DNA from: Klebsormidium nitens
Lineage: Eukaryota > Plantae > Klebsormidiophyceae
NCBI GenBank assembly: GCA_000708835.1
Contig: DF237111.1
Coordinates: 100,576-164,575, forward strand
DNA: 64,000 bases
Reading direction: 5' to 3'
The notes below the pieces were generated by a model, which was not told where the DNA came from, searched no databases, and was given only the letters and a program-made list of their open reading frames with translations. The position numbers were made by a program, and so were the translations under genes. Each line of letters opens with the position of its first letter. Positions within the stretch are counted from its first letter, which is position 1. Of this stretch, positions 47,104 to 60,104 are shown one piece after another.

Positions 47104-50100
47104 CTAGTCCTTCCGAAGCTTTGACTCTCGAGCCGCGGGCCCGAGTCGCTCGCGGACGCTGTCTGCGAATCTGTGACTGTGCTTGACTGCTTGCGAGTAC
47201 AGCTCCCGCAGGTGCGCTTCGTACTTCTGAACAGCAGGGGGGAGGATGAAGGCAACACAAACAGCTGCACGCACAAGGTATGATACGCATTTCAAAATTC
47301 CGGAACGAGAAAGGCTAAAGCGGATTGGCGTCAACGGACCTCAATAAAAAAGTTTACCCTTGAAACCGGACGGGCTTCTTCTGAAGTGACTTCCTACAAT
47401 ACTCCAAGGAGTGACCTGCGAAGTTACTAGTTGTGCGACATCGTGCTAAGCTTCTCGTCCGAGAGCTGGGAGTGCCACGACGCCCCACGAGCGTCAATCT
47501 CACGAAGGAGAATCGTTCATGGCTACGGCCGTGAGCCACCCTGGACTGAAATCTGCGGAACGCAGCAGATCCGTATGACTATTGCACTTTTCCTCTTGTG
47601 TTCGCTTCCATCTACAGAAAGAAGGGCAGTGTGTAACTTGAGTATTGGACTGAACCCCGGCCTTTGACAGGGAGTCGCCAATAACGCAGCAAGAGACCGG
47701 CTTTTTGCCGCCGATACAGGCCGTGTTCGACTGAGAATGCCGAGGAAAGTGCCCTCATTATTTCAGAGCCCTTTCAAGTTCCATTTGACCACCCGTTGAG
47801 CAAATGTTTGGCCATCTTTTTCAAAGAAAGAGACTGAGAGTCTGGGCAGGCACGTGGCGTATCTCGGGCCCCTTAACCTCGCACCCAAGATATTGTTTCG
47901 TACGGAGTGTACGATAGTCCCCACGAAGGCGGTAAGTAATTTATATCGTCGATTTCCGCGATTCGCGCCTAACGAGTTGCAGACTGGCCGCGCACCAGCT
48001 TGGGTGCGAGTTTCAAGGTGCCCGAGTGTGCCTGAGTGTCTGCAAGAAGCTCTAGACCGTACCTGCTGTGACGAGTGTACGGAAGTCGCAGAGGGACCCC
48101 AGCCACCGGAGCACCAAGAGTGCACCAAAAATCTGCAGCACGGATGTGGACTTCACCAGCTGAGTGAAAGGGCTTTCGTGACGTCGTCACGTCCGAGGAG
48201 AACCAACAGCTCTTGGCAGGTGGCCCTGTGACGTCACTTACGTCCTGGAGAGTTTGTCGAAGGAAGTCCGCGACCCTTGGTGCTGGTAGCTCCTTTAGCG
48301 AGCTTCAGAGCTTTTGTTCGGCTGGGGCCTAGACGTAGTGCTATAAGCGTTGGACACCCGGGGTGCTCGCAGCAGCGGAGTTTGCGACAGTTCATCCCCG
48401 CAACGCCACCCAGACTCTGGTCAACGGTCGGGCTTTGAAAGTCGACGGATAAACGCTGTATCGCTTTGACGATCTGACCCCGTACCACTACTAGTACCAT
48501 AGGTTTACAGGCTTATCAGAAATTTGGCCGACGACTTGTACACGCAGGAACCAAAAGCTAGCCCCAACCTGGAGAACGGCCATACGTTCTCGCGAGTTTG
48601 ACTTCTGATTCCGTACCACTATCATCACAGTCCGTATCTAGCACTCGACACGCCTGTCAAACACACTGCCTGCATAAAGCTGACGAGCATACAGCTGACA
48701 ATTGGATAACGTAAGAGTCAAAAGCGAAGCCCACCTTGGAAAATGTCACGACGTCTTTTTCGTGGATGGTAGCGTGGAGCACAGCCGCGGCCGCATTAAA
48801 GGCGTCCGCGGCCGGGCGCACGAGCGCGTCCGCCATAGCGTCCGAAACCTCCAGGGTTTGGAAGTCGGGTATCCGTACCGGCCGCCCAACGCTGCAGAAA
48901 AAGAGCCAACCTGTGATTGATATCGCGTCTGGTTGGAAATAGCGGACGAAAGATGTTGCGCCTGATTTTCGGAGAGACATAAGCATTCTTCATGACGAAC
49001 CACTGATGGAAATTCTCTTTGCACACCTTGTTGGAGATAGGATCTTTGTCCAGCCCTTCGTACCGGGATCCATCGACCACTATCAGAACGCGCCTAATGA
49101 AACATCTGAGCTCGGGCATGCAGGAGTAACGCTTCCTCTAGGATGGGTCCAGAAAAACTCGAGCATTTGAAACGAGTTCGCTTCGTCGACTGACGAATGT
49201 CACGAAGCACGTCAGCAGCCGCAGAATGCCTCTCACCCCTTTCTAGAGCGGCTTCGAGTACTTGAGCCCCTGCCTGTTGCTGAAAGCACGACCTTGATAG
49301 TAAAAGAAGCCGGAGGGTCCACCAGGATCGTGCAAGTTAATCTGGTAACTCCCATTTCACTCAAGAGCAATTTCACTCAAGATAGGCGCACGGGTAGGGT
49401 TGGTATGGTGGTTAGGGTGGGTTTTGGTGCGGAGCGGGTAATCCTGTCGGTTAGGGTTTTTGGTTTGTGAGCCCGGGTACCTCGGATATTAAGTGAGATG
49501 GCTCTTTGAATGAAACGGTTGTTACCAGTATGTGCAAGTTATAACCACAGAATCACACCATTACTGGGGGCATGCCACGTGGCACACTTACATGGAGGAC
49601 GCAACCGAGATAAGGTGCGCCACGAACGTCGCGCTGACGATCCACAGCAGCAAGTTCGCCAACAGGTTGACGAGGTTGGTGGGCGACCAAAGGAAGTGGT
49701 ACAGCAGAAACAGGGTCGCCGAGAACAGAGCGGCACTTTTCAGGGGGCTCCGCCAAAGGACGAGGTCCGCCAAAGCGCCCCCCCCTAGAGCGCGCCGGGT
49801 GGGAGTGTCAATTCGTTGGAGCTCCTGTTTGTCAAAGACCTGTACGGTGAGAGATGAAAAAGCCGTTGTTTTGAATTGCTGAAACGGCAGGTATTGAGGG
49901 TGTGCCGCATGCAGACTGTGACGTCAGCAGCAGAACATCTCCACAAAGGAAGAGAGAAAGTACAAGCTAGCTTTACAACGACCAATCACCGCACAAGCCT
50001 GCTGCTGATGGGGCTGACAATCGGAAACAAGCGCAACCATATAAGAAGACAACGCTCAACCGACCCCATTCGACTCCGTCCTTCGTGCACCCAATTTTTG

Positions 50101-53100
50101 GACACGAGTCGTCCTAAAGTGGGATCCTGAAACCTGACCCGAAGCTCCTCGGACCTCTCTAACCATCGGTCCCATCCCCGTCCAAACCCCATCGCAGTCG
50201 AAACACGGATGAGCCCCCATTGCCCAAATTCTGAAATTGACCCCACACATTAAAACCTGACAACTTCTTACTATCCACGAAACGTAGAACCCAATTCTTC
50301 AACGAGGTTTAACCACCATTGACGCTCCCGGTATACGACCTTGTACTCACCTCTTTCCGTAGGTCCGGTCGTGCCTCGATCGCCCTCCGGATCCCCTCCT
50401 TGAGCGGTACCACCGGTTCGTATCCCAACAACTTGCGCGCGCGCTCGACGTTGTAGTAGCGGGAGGCGATTGCCAGACGGATGCGGGACGGTGTGAATGC
50501 GGTCTCGAGCGGGCGTTTCAACACCGGTCCGAGCACCTTGTTCAGGAGCTCAAGTAAGTGGTGGACGGCAACGGCGAGGAGAAGGAGCGGCTTTGCGGGG
50601 AGAACATACTTGTGCCTGCAAAAGATTGTGTTGGTTGCGTGGTTGACAGAAAGGCGGCAAGATCAGTAGACCCCGTGTGGACTTAAGTAGAAACCACGTG
50701 GCTGAACTCGAGAGAAGAATAGACTACCAGATTTCTGCGCATTCTGGAGAAACGGGATTGGTCAGACAACTTGGAAGCGACTTCCGCATTGGTCTCAGCA
50801 TGCAACGATAGAGGAGCATGCAAAAGCAGAAACAGTCATTCGAGCTCGTAGCATTCCACAAAATAAGCGCCGTATGCACCCCGGAAGTGGTAAGGCCTGA
50901 AGTGTGAAAACAACAACGGGAACGTTCCCCTTGTGACAGGAAGGGAAAAAGAATAAAGAATGCGTCGACACTCATCGGTTGAGAAGACGGCGGGTTAAAA
51001 GGGAGAGGCGATCACAAAGTGCTTACTTGGGATAGCCCAAGCCCCCCACGAGATCGAACGTCATGGTCCAAAACGGATACGGCTCGCCATTGCTGATGAA
51101 GAATGCCTGCGGGAGGAGCGCTCTAAGAAATGAGTGGAAAGATTACCTTTCCTCAAAACCTTCAGAGAAGGGCGACAAAAGTCCCGGGTATCCGCATGGA
51201 ACTATGAGTGCGACAACGCGCTCCGAGCAAAGGACGGCTGCAGTGCGCAGAGCGCTGGACACCCTGCAACAAAGGATGGCTCCGTCGCTAAATTATCAGG
51301 CATTGGAAGCAAGTTCTACTTACAATCTGCGCTGTCAGCTCGTTCCGACGGTATGCGAACATGCTTCAGCTGCTTCTAATGATCGACCGACCACACAGAA
51401 TAGAGCTAACTTTAGATTCGCACGAGAAGGCGGCAGTCAACCTTGAGTTTCGGGTTTTGACAGAGTCCCTAATACGAAAGAATCAACAGAACGTGACAGT
51501 GGACCGGCATCCACAACCAAGGCGGAAATCGCCCTTTCCCCGCAGCTTCGCTTCTCTCTTTCAGGTTCCGGCCCAAGCAGAAGTGTCGGTGGACTTTATT
51601 GCCAAAGAAGTTTTTGTTCGTTAGTAGCATAACCTCCAGGGGATTGACATAAAGAAAGGGAGTCACAACAGACATCGACTGGAATCCCCTACCCTTCGTT
51701 GCGGCTTTCTTTTTTCTCCCCCTCAGAGTCCGCTCAAAGGGATGTTTCTCCTTGCTTCCCTCCTTCAGGCCCTTCCCCGCTAACAGGTGCATGTTCCCTG
51801 TTCCTGCCAAATGATCTTACAACCCTAGCAGCCTTGGTAATCACAGCATGGAAAAGAACCAGAAGTCCTTACCTTCCCAGCAGCCTCGCTCCCCTCTTTC
51901 AGCGCCTTCTCCGCGCACTGATGTCCATGCACGACGTTATCGATGTACGTAAAGTCCCACAGGTTCTTCCCGTCGCCCACAATGCTGCTCAGCTTCCCCG
52001 CTTGCGCCAGGGCCACCATATTTGGAATCATGGCCTTGTCGCCCGGTCCGAATATTCCGGACGGGCGGACGGCCACCGTCAGGAGCCCATTCACACCGTT
52101 CGCCTTGAGCACGAGTTGCTCGGCTTGGGCTTTAGTGTGGGTGTAGTGGTCAAGGGGCTGTGAAGAAGCAAGAGGACTCTCAGGCCAAACTACTTGAATG
52201 ATTTCTGTTCAGGTTCAGAGGGTCAGAGGGTCAAGGGGCTGTGAAGGAGAAAGAGGACTTTCAGGCCGAAGTGCCCAGATAATTCCGAGGTTCAGAGGAT
52301 TTGGCGGCTTGATGAAAAGTTCACACCGTTTGCCATTTTCAGCACCGCTGCTCTTTAAGAGTTCATGGCTTGGATATAGAGATCAAGGGGCTGAACGGAA
52401 CGGCTTCACAGGCATTCGGTGTTTTGGGAAGTCCGGAACCGAATTTCCAGTACTCAAAGTAGCAGATCGTGTGGAACCCATTTACGCTACTACCTTTTAA
52501 GCCTGGACAGGCACAAGTTCCTATACTGCGTTACTCAAGTCGGCCGAGAAGGCGGATGCTTCAAGCTGCGTATTCATGGAGAACCGATGCTAACAAACTC
52601 ATAGACACATAATACGACCTTGGGGCTTGAAACTAGAGTCTAAGAAGGGGAAACGGCTGTTCGAACCTTGGTCATGACCACACCCAGCGAACAGTCAGAA
52701 TTGCGTTAAGAGCCTAAACCTATCCATGTTTTGCACTTTCAACAGCCCCGTGCCATCAAACCTCGCAAAAAGTGTCGAAGACATTCACCTTCTTTGGGTA
52801 TGGCATAGACTCGTCCCCGCCCGCGATGCCCGTTCCGTCGAACACAACGCTGGCGGAGCTCGTAAAGACGAACTTCTTCACGCCGCTCTGCGCCGCCGCA
52901 TCCAGCAAGAACCGAGTCCCTGTCAAGGCAAGACACCTCTGAATGTTCTTGTCTTCTCGTCGGTGTTCATCAACTTCAGTTTTCTCTGGACGAACGAAGG
53001 CCTCCCTAAATGCCCATACTTGAACGATGCTGAGAGTTGCAGACTTGGCTCCAAGTCACCCTCCAATCGGGCCTTTAAATTCCAAAAACTGATCGTTCGA

Positions 53101-55935
53101 AAGTAATCACGGAATGCACATCGGGGAAGTTTTGCAAGGTCCTTGCAACCTCGTGCTCCGCTGAAACCTGGACAAGTGTGATCCACATCATTTCGCGAAC
53201 ATCTCCGGTGCAACGAAACGCCCAAGAGGGAGCCAGCTTGCAACCAATCAAAGGTGATCAAAAGTGAGCAACTTGGCTGCTCTCAATTGCTGTGCAGTCT
53301 GCGGAAGGGGAGCCCACGAACATATTTTTCAGGCCAACTCTATCTTGACTTCAAGTTAGTAGTAAGCACAGAAGAACAATTCGTGCAACCTGTCGCAGTT
53401 GAGGTCGCTTTGTATAAAGCAATTTGTGTCGTGCAGGCGCACATAATCAGGAGGCCCGTTTTTCCGGCCCGTTTTTGGAAACTTGAAGTAAAGTGGTCTA
53501 GAAGCAAAAAAATAAGTTCGTAGCTGTGAAAGAAAAACCCTCAGAGATGAACTGCATGGATAGAGCGGCCCACCTTTGACATTGACGTCCTCAAAGAGCT
53601 GCGCGCTTTTCGCGTTGGGGTCTGGTGAGGCCACGTGGAAGATGACAGACACTCCCTGGACCGCTGTACCAATAGACACAGGAGATCAATCTTTACGCAC
53701 TCCCACTTTCAGTTTCCTGACCAATCTTTGTGCTCAAAACAGAGATTCAGAGAACAATAACTCCGTTGCACTTCCTTGATTGTGTTCAAGGAGAAGCTTT
53801 GTCAACTTTTAAAGAGACTGCAGAAGCTGCTGCAAGTCGTCTGATAACAAAATGGGCGCAAAACCAAGCCCGATATGTCCAATTGGGAACCACCTAGTGC
53901 ATGTTCTAAGGCCCTCAGAATATATTTTGAAGCAGCTGTAACAAGAAACTCCTTGGTATGAGCCTTTGCTGTGGACTGAGTCAGAAAGTTTGTAAAGGCA
54001 GAGACTTAATATCCGGCCTTAAGACTGCCAGTTGAAGCCGGCCTACTAAATGGCTAATTAAAGGATACATGCACTGTCCAGCCTTAAGACTGCCAGTTGG
54101 AGCCCAACTACGAAAGGGCGGATTTTTAGTTGTAAGCAATGAAAATAGTACCCACTCCTGCATGATTCTGGACATAGTCAACTACAATCGACTCGGCTCT
54201 GCCTTACTCCCTGCAGTGAGACCAAGAAACTTCATATAACAAAGTACTGGCGAAGCATCTCACCAGCAACTACTTGCTCCTTCTTTCGCAAGTCGCCGCA
54301 GATGTACTTGATACTCCCATTGGCGAGCCCCTCAGAAACCAATTGCACATCCTTGATTTGATTGTCGGGCCGGAACTGTGGCGCTATGTCAAGGATAACC
54401 ACCTTCCAAGTCCCATCTTTAACGAGCTTGGTAATCAGGTTCTGACCCACGAACCCGTTGCCCCCAGTCACCAGACAGACCTGGGGGGGAAGGTGGAGGA
54501 ATGAGAGGTCGAAAGGAGGCTCTGAGGTGAGCTTTCTTTCTTCTTCAATCTGTTCTTCTTTCTTAAGACCGTTCTGTTCTTCTTAATTCCTGTTCCAGTG
54601 AAGGTGGTCTGCATCAACAAACCACGTGTCTCCTGATACACTCAACAAGGCATTGCAAAAGGTGAAGCTGCTGCTGATCTGTCTTTCTTCATGCTATGGA
54701 GCCCCTTGAACAGTCTACTGCTTGGAGAAAGTCCACTAGTCTCTAGCATTGATTGTTTCAACCTCTCACTGGTTGACTGAAAGAAGCCATGGGATGGTGT
54801 CCTTTTGGATATTGCAACAGGATCAAGCAAGCCAGTCTGTCAGACTGGCCCGTCGATGGAAGGCCAATTTGAGTACAGCACACCGTTGGTCTGGTGCTCT
54901 GTGCTTCATGTAAGCAAGGGCTTGGCCACCACTGGATTCGAGGAGTCCCTCACTGGTGCTGATTCTATGAAAGACAAGCGCCTCTATTTGAAACCATAAC
55001 GAGCAACCAGAAAATGTTGGGACCTCACCGTCTTCTCTTGAGGAGCCGCCATCCCCAGCCACCACCTGCTGAAAGTATCTCCCGCAAGCAAGCGGCAATG
55101 AAGGATGTGGTTGCACAGAAAACTCAGATCTGCAGACACTGTTGCAGCGTCAGAAGGGCAATTGGCAACCCAATGCAATGCAAGCTGGAGTTCAGCACTA
55201 CGTTCTAAGTGAAGCACCTACAATGCGCGCTTGGCACACTTGGACTTAGTGCCACCATCAAGAGAGGAACTGAGCTCAAGCAGATCCACTCGGTCTAGAT
55301 CTGCAAAGTGGTGCAAACAGGAGCAGACAACATTGACCGAATATACTCTGATCAGACTAGCTATGCTCTGTAATGACGGAGAGATGTCGCCACCATGTGT
55401 TAAAATCATTCAGTTCTCTTTCATCGGTTTCGTGACCTGGTTGAGATCAGCCCTTTGCCCTATCCGCTGCGTCTCAACAGCACATGCCAACTCAAAAAAA
55501 TGCATTCATCCTCAAGACTTCTCTAATGAGCAAGGGAAGCAACAGACTAAGCCTCACCAAATGCACCAAAGCGCCAGCTGCTCGCGCTTCACAATTCAGG
55601 TTCCACAGACGGAGAGGCAACTTAGTCTCGTGCAAAGAAGGCCAGCAGAGTTGTGGACGGCCCCTTCAATCTTAGGAGACAAAGGCCTCTGCCAGCGCAA
55701 CAGGAGCCTAGGAAGGTGTTCAAAAGCTGTTCAAATGCACAGCTGAGGAGCACACGCATGGCCGCCTTGACAATGACAATGGTATGCAAGCTAGAATCGA
55801 GATCTGACGACATTTCGACATTTAGATCAGAGATTGAAGATCGAAATATGGTCGTCGAAACAGGCTCACAAAGCAAAGGTCAGAATCGTGCATTCTTCCT
55901 CCCTGCCGTGCTGAACTTCTTAAAGCCGCTTTCAT
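47104..55935 (-). CDS. 3BETAHSD/D: 3beta-hydroxysteroid dehydrogenase/C4-decarboxylase (NSDHL/ERG26 family) with C-terminal reticulon domain
   Basis: Exons 55935(or 55893)-55870 (putative first), 54480-54264, 53663-53574, 52919-52789, 52157-51873, 51106-51027, 50615-50351, 49839-49592, 48891-48735, 48132-48063 and 47264-47104, phase-consistent. Motifs: VTGGNGFVG, VFTSSASVVFDG, YTHTKAQAE, AVRPSGIFGPGD, WDFTYIDNVVHG, AFFISNGEP. Reticulon part: LGGGALADLVLWRS...AFILPPAVQKYE. Confidence 0.9.
51530..52400 (-). repeat. Exon-edge copies on both sides of 3BETAHSD/D exon 5
   Basis: Acceptor copies cttcacag|ccccttgacc at 52238 and gttcag|ccccttgatc near 52390. Exon-end copies (KALKEGSEAAGK-like) at about 51750-51780 and 51535-51565, with a weaker one near 51690. 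Confidence 0.7.
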
Positions 55936-56187
55936 CCTTGTCGTTCTGCGGCATGGTTCGATTCGGCTTGCAAAATTGACCTGAAAACTGCGCAAATTAT
56001 CGCAAACCTGGGGAAAGAGGAGATGAGCGGAGGCCTGGCACATCATAGGTAGGTACATGCATTCACCTTGTCGAAGAGCTCTTACCACCATCACCATCAG
56101 GGTAGAGAAGCAGCACCACCTTTTGAAAAGGGCAGTCACCGGCAACTAGGATACTTTTCTTCCGGGACGGGGACAGCGGCAGTAACA

Positions 56188-59100
56188 ATGGAGGGGCACC
56201 GGAAGAAGCGGCGAAAAGTGGGGTTAGGTGATGATGAAGAAGCCACAGGCGATACTGTAAGATCAAATGGCATGGACACGGTCGATGTGCAGAAGCTGGA
56301 AAGGGCAGCACCCAAGGTAACTGGGCCGCAGGGAGGCATTAGCTCCAACTGGATGAAGATGAAAGCGGTAAGGCTTTAGGCTTCTGTTAGTGTTCCTTAT
56401 TGCAAAAGCCTCATGGGCCAGTTGAATATCAGGAAACACCTTGAGTTTGGGATATCATGGGGTTGAATAACGAGGACTTCTGATGCAGCATTCTAAGAAG
56501 TACTAAGGATTCTCAGCATGAAAGCATGAGAGTTTCACCAGCCTGCTGATGTGGTGGTGGTAAACAACACTCCACTTGAAGGCATGTTGGACATGTAGTA
56601 GTCTACTGGCTTTCGCTGTATTGTTTTCTTGAATCCTTCAAGATTCTGAATCTGCTTATCGCATACTTTTCATGTGAAGGAGATTGCCAGCTCCGGTCGG
56701 CAGAAACGAGGTTCCCACCCCCGTGCCACCAGTCTTCAAGCTGCCGCCAAGGTGGTGCAACAAGTCGCAGGTACGTCAAAACTTCGAGGCAGATAGTTTG
56801 CCAGACACAGTCCACCTGAGAGCTAGCTTTTTGCTTCCGTACGATTTTGGATCAGGGCTCTAGGGGGGGCCATCAACGCTTTGCGCTTGCTTTCATTGGT
56901 CATATACGAACGATTGAGAAAGCTTCTTGAGTCAGGAACTGACCAGTGTTGCTCTTATTGCAGAAGATGAGAAGGTGGGAAGTCCGCAGCCCCTAGGAAA
57001 AGACATGGGGTGAGCCCCTTTTCAAGTTTGGCTATTATTCATGTTCATCAAGTAATGGCGTCCAGTCGCAAATTACTTGCTCAACAGCATCACACAGGCC
57101 TCTCTGAATGGCTCCAAGTTATCTTGCGACAACAAACAACGCTGCTGACATCGTTGTACCTCGCCCATCTGCTTTCCCCCGAGGTTATGTTTCGCTTCTG
57201 CTCCTTATCCTGGTGATTCTCCTCAGGCCGACGAAGGTGGTCGCCATGGATTGCGAAATGGTCGGCGTGGGAGATGACGGGGTGCGGAGCATCTTGGCAA
57301 GGGTGTGCCTGGTATGAGCACCAGAGCGTCCCTTCCCTCCCCCATCTCTGTTGTTCGTTTGTCTCATTCAGTGTTCTTCCCGCTGCCCTTCTTTGGGATT
57401 TCTTGATCATTTTCGTTCCAGGAGTAAGTAGTATTTCTGGTGCACGGCCATATCACGATGATTTCTAAAATTTTCGAATGCTGGTGACTGTGCAATACTG
57501 CAGCTCAGGAGCCTGAAGCCCTTCACAAACGTTGCCATTTTGTATTCGCCACCAGGTGAATGCCCATGGAAACGTGTTGTACGACAAGCACGTGCAGCCG
57601 CTCGAGCGTGTCACAGATTACCGGACACACGTCAGCGGGGTGCGGGCCAAGGACCTCAAGAAGACTGCCGGTCAGTGCTTGCGTGCAGCACTGTTTCTCA
57701 CGGAGGGATGTCCGTTCAGGACCACACTCCGCTTTCTTATCTCAAGCTTTATTTCAGGCCCTTGGAGAGAATAATAATCCACCTTTTCCTTTCAAGCTCT
57801 CGTCAGCACCTTTGAGTACAGTTCAGTATCCCGGGTTTCAATCTGTGTCTCCCTTATGGCTTTCAGTCGATCTCGCGACATCGAGACTGCGTTTGAAAGG
57901 TGACACTTTAGGTAGGCAGGTCACAGAAATCGAAATATCGAAGTGGAGTCCGCTTTTGCAGAAGTGAGGCAAACGCTCGTGGGGGTTCTTGCCCTGGGCA
58001 TCTTGTTCTAGGGATACAAGTATGTCATTTGAAGCAGTCTCGAGCTTGTCTTTTCGAGCTTCATCAGTGCAGCCAGCGAACGGGGTCTTGTTGCTCTGCA
58101 GAGGAGTTCTTCCAGGTTCAGAAGGAGGTCGCTGCGCTTCTCAAGGATCGAATCGTCGTCGGCCACGCGTTGCAGAATGACATGCAGGTAGGTTTCTGGG
58201 AAGTTTTATGCAGCTTGCTGAAGCCATGACTTGTTGTCAGATTGTTCTTGTTGGCTTCTGCTAATAGAGCTCCGCAATCATAAGTCTCCTTCGAAGCTCG
58301 ACATGCGGAAGGTGTTTCCAATTGTGGTTGTGTTGTTGACAAAGAAGCGACGTTTGACACACCCGATCTGACAAGCTTCGTCTTGGCAGCCTGCCATCTC
58401 AATGAACTACACATGCTTGTGCGGACAAAGACTCTCTCAGCGAACTGCACGTGCGTATGCGTCCAAAGCCTCTCTCAACGATTGCACGTGCGTATGCGTA
58501 CAGAGACTCGGTTTGAGCAGACTGCAGCTGAAAAATATTAGACTCAGACATACCACAGCTCATATGCACTATCTTTGGGCTCGTTTGTTGAGCTCAAAAG
58601 CTCGGCTGGCTTTGCAAGTCCCGCTTTGTTCCAAGCAGGACGTCGCCTAGCCTGACAGGGAGGCTCAAAATGGATCGAGATCTTAAAGCAAGGCCCAGCT
58701 TGCTCGATTGACGATGGGCCATCCTCTTACGGGTCTGTCACAGTCTGGCCCAACGGAAATGGATTCGATGGCTACGAAAGCGGATGTCGGCTTTTCCCGT
58801 TTTCCAAATGAAGGGGCTCTTTGAGAAGGCTCTATTAGGTTCTCTGAATTTTTGCCCAGGTTGCGTTTGGTCTAAGCCAGTACGTCCTTTTGCGCAGGCC
58901 CTCCTTCTTAGCCACCCGAAGCGGTTCATACGAGACACCTCAAAATACGCGCCTCTAAGGTAAGCGCCCGTCCCCAATCCAAGAGCACAGCCCTCTCCAG
59001 AATGCTCGGCGGGCCCCAGAGTCCTGGAACATCACGCTTTCGTGCGCGATCGAAAGATGGAACTTGGTCCTTGTTATCAGACAAGCAGAAACGCTTGTCT

Positions 59101-60104
59101 GATACGAAACAGCAAAACGCTGTCGTTTTCACTTCGTGTTGGCGACTTGGGAACAGCTTGAGGTTCAAGGATGCTTCTGAGCACTATCAGCATTTACGAA
59201 TCGTTACGTGCTTGCAGCAGAAAGCCCACAACCCTTCTTGGTATCCTCTTACCTGAGTCCTGTTCGTGCTTGGAGTCGTGGTCGATTGGGTCGAGACTTT
59301 GTCTAGTACTTGAGATCAACGGGCAGCTCGGTGGCTACTTGGACATTGCAGCATTTGCTCTTTGCAATCTTGAAACCTGCACCAATTGTGTTTTGCCATC
59401 TTGAAACCTCGAACCTTCAAGTCCCGAGAATTCTGGTCGTGCAGGAAGCACGGCCGGCCGCGCGCGCTTCGCCACCTAGCAGAGGAGATCCTGGGATTGC
59501 GTATCCAGGCCGGCGAGCATTCTCCGGTGAGTAACGCAGCTTGCACGTCTCGGAACAGACCGCAGCAGCAAGTCTGCGGCTCCGTACAATTCAATTTGGA
59601 AGCTTTTTGAGGAGACGTCTTCCCTAATCCTTTCCCCTTTATTGGCGTCATGTGTGCAAGCGAGGCTGCTGCAGATTACGCACCAAGTTTCGTAAGAGGT
59701 GCTTGTCGTGGGTACTGTCGTCAGTATCCATGTAGTTCATCTGCCCCAAAGAAACTCCACCCTTTCTCCGTACAAATTGTATAAGATTAATGTTTCAGAT
59801 GTCACCAATGTCCATTGTGAAGTGGGGTGCAAGGCGGTGTCCTTGCCCATGCTGCCACGCTCCGATTGGCCGCCGCTGTTTGTACACCTGACAGGGCGCT
59901 CCGCAATATGGTGCGCAGCAAAGGGTCCCTGCTTCGCCAAGGATTGTAAATATCCCCTTTGTTTTCTGACAGGTCGACGATGCTCGAGCTGCACTCTACA
60001 TCTATCTGAAATTCAAAAAGGACTGGGAGCAGAGTCTTCTGCCCAAGAAGCAGAAAAGGATACAAGCTCCAGAAAAGACTCCTGCCAAATCCGAAAAAAG
60101 ATAG
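56188..60104 (+). CDS. REX4: RNA exonuclease 4 (DEDDh 3'-5' exonuclease), 9 exons
   Basis: Exons 56188-56367, 56680-56770, 56964-57009, 57227-57311, 57556-57670, 58102-58187, 58898-58959, 59445-59526 and 59973-60104, phase-consistent. Motifs: VAMDCEMVGVG, VTDYRTHVSGVR, VVGHALQND, LSHPKRFIRDTSKY, LRHLAEEILGLRIQAGEHSPVDDARAA. Confidence 0.93.
58404..58509 (+). repeat. 38-bp period minisatellite (about 2.8 copies) in a REX4 intron
   Basis: Units gaact.cac.tgc.t.tgcg..caaag.ctctctca start at 58404, 58442 and 58480. Confidence 0.8.

Noticed and set aside
47763-48500. ORFs 48234-48500, 47854-48231 and 47763-48128 as a separate degenerate gene
   Set aside because: They fall in introns of, or overlap, the reticulon exons of 3BETAHSD/D, which explain the coding-like signal.
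49390-49470. ttagggt motifs suggesting an interstitial telomeric repeat
   Set aside because: Only two or three scattered, non-tandem motifs in a G/T-rich intron stretch.
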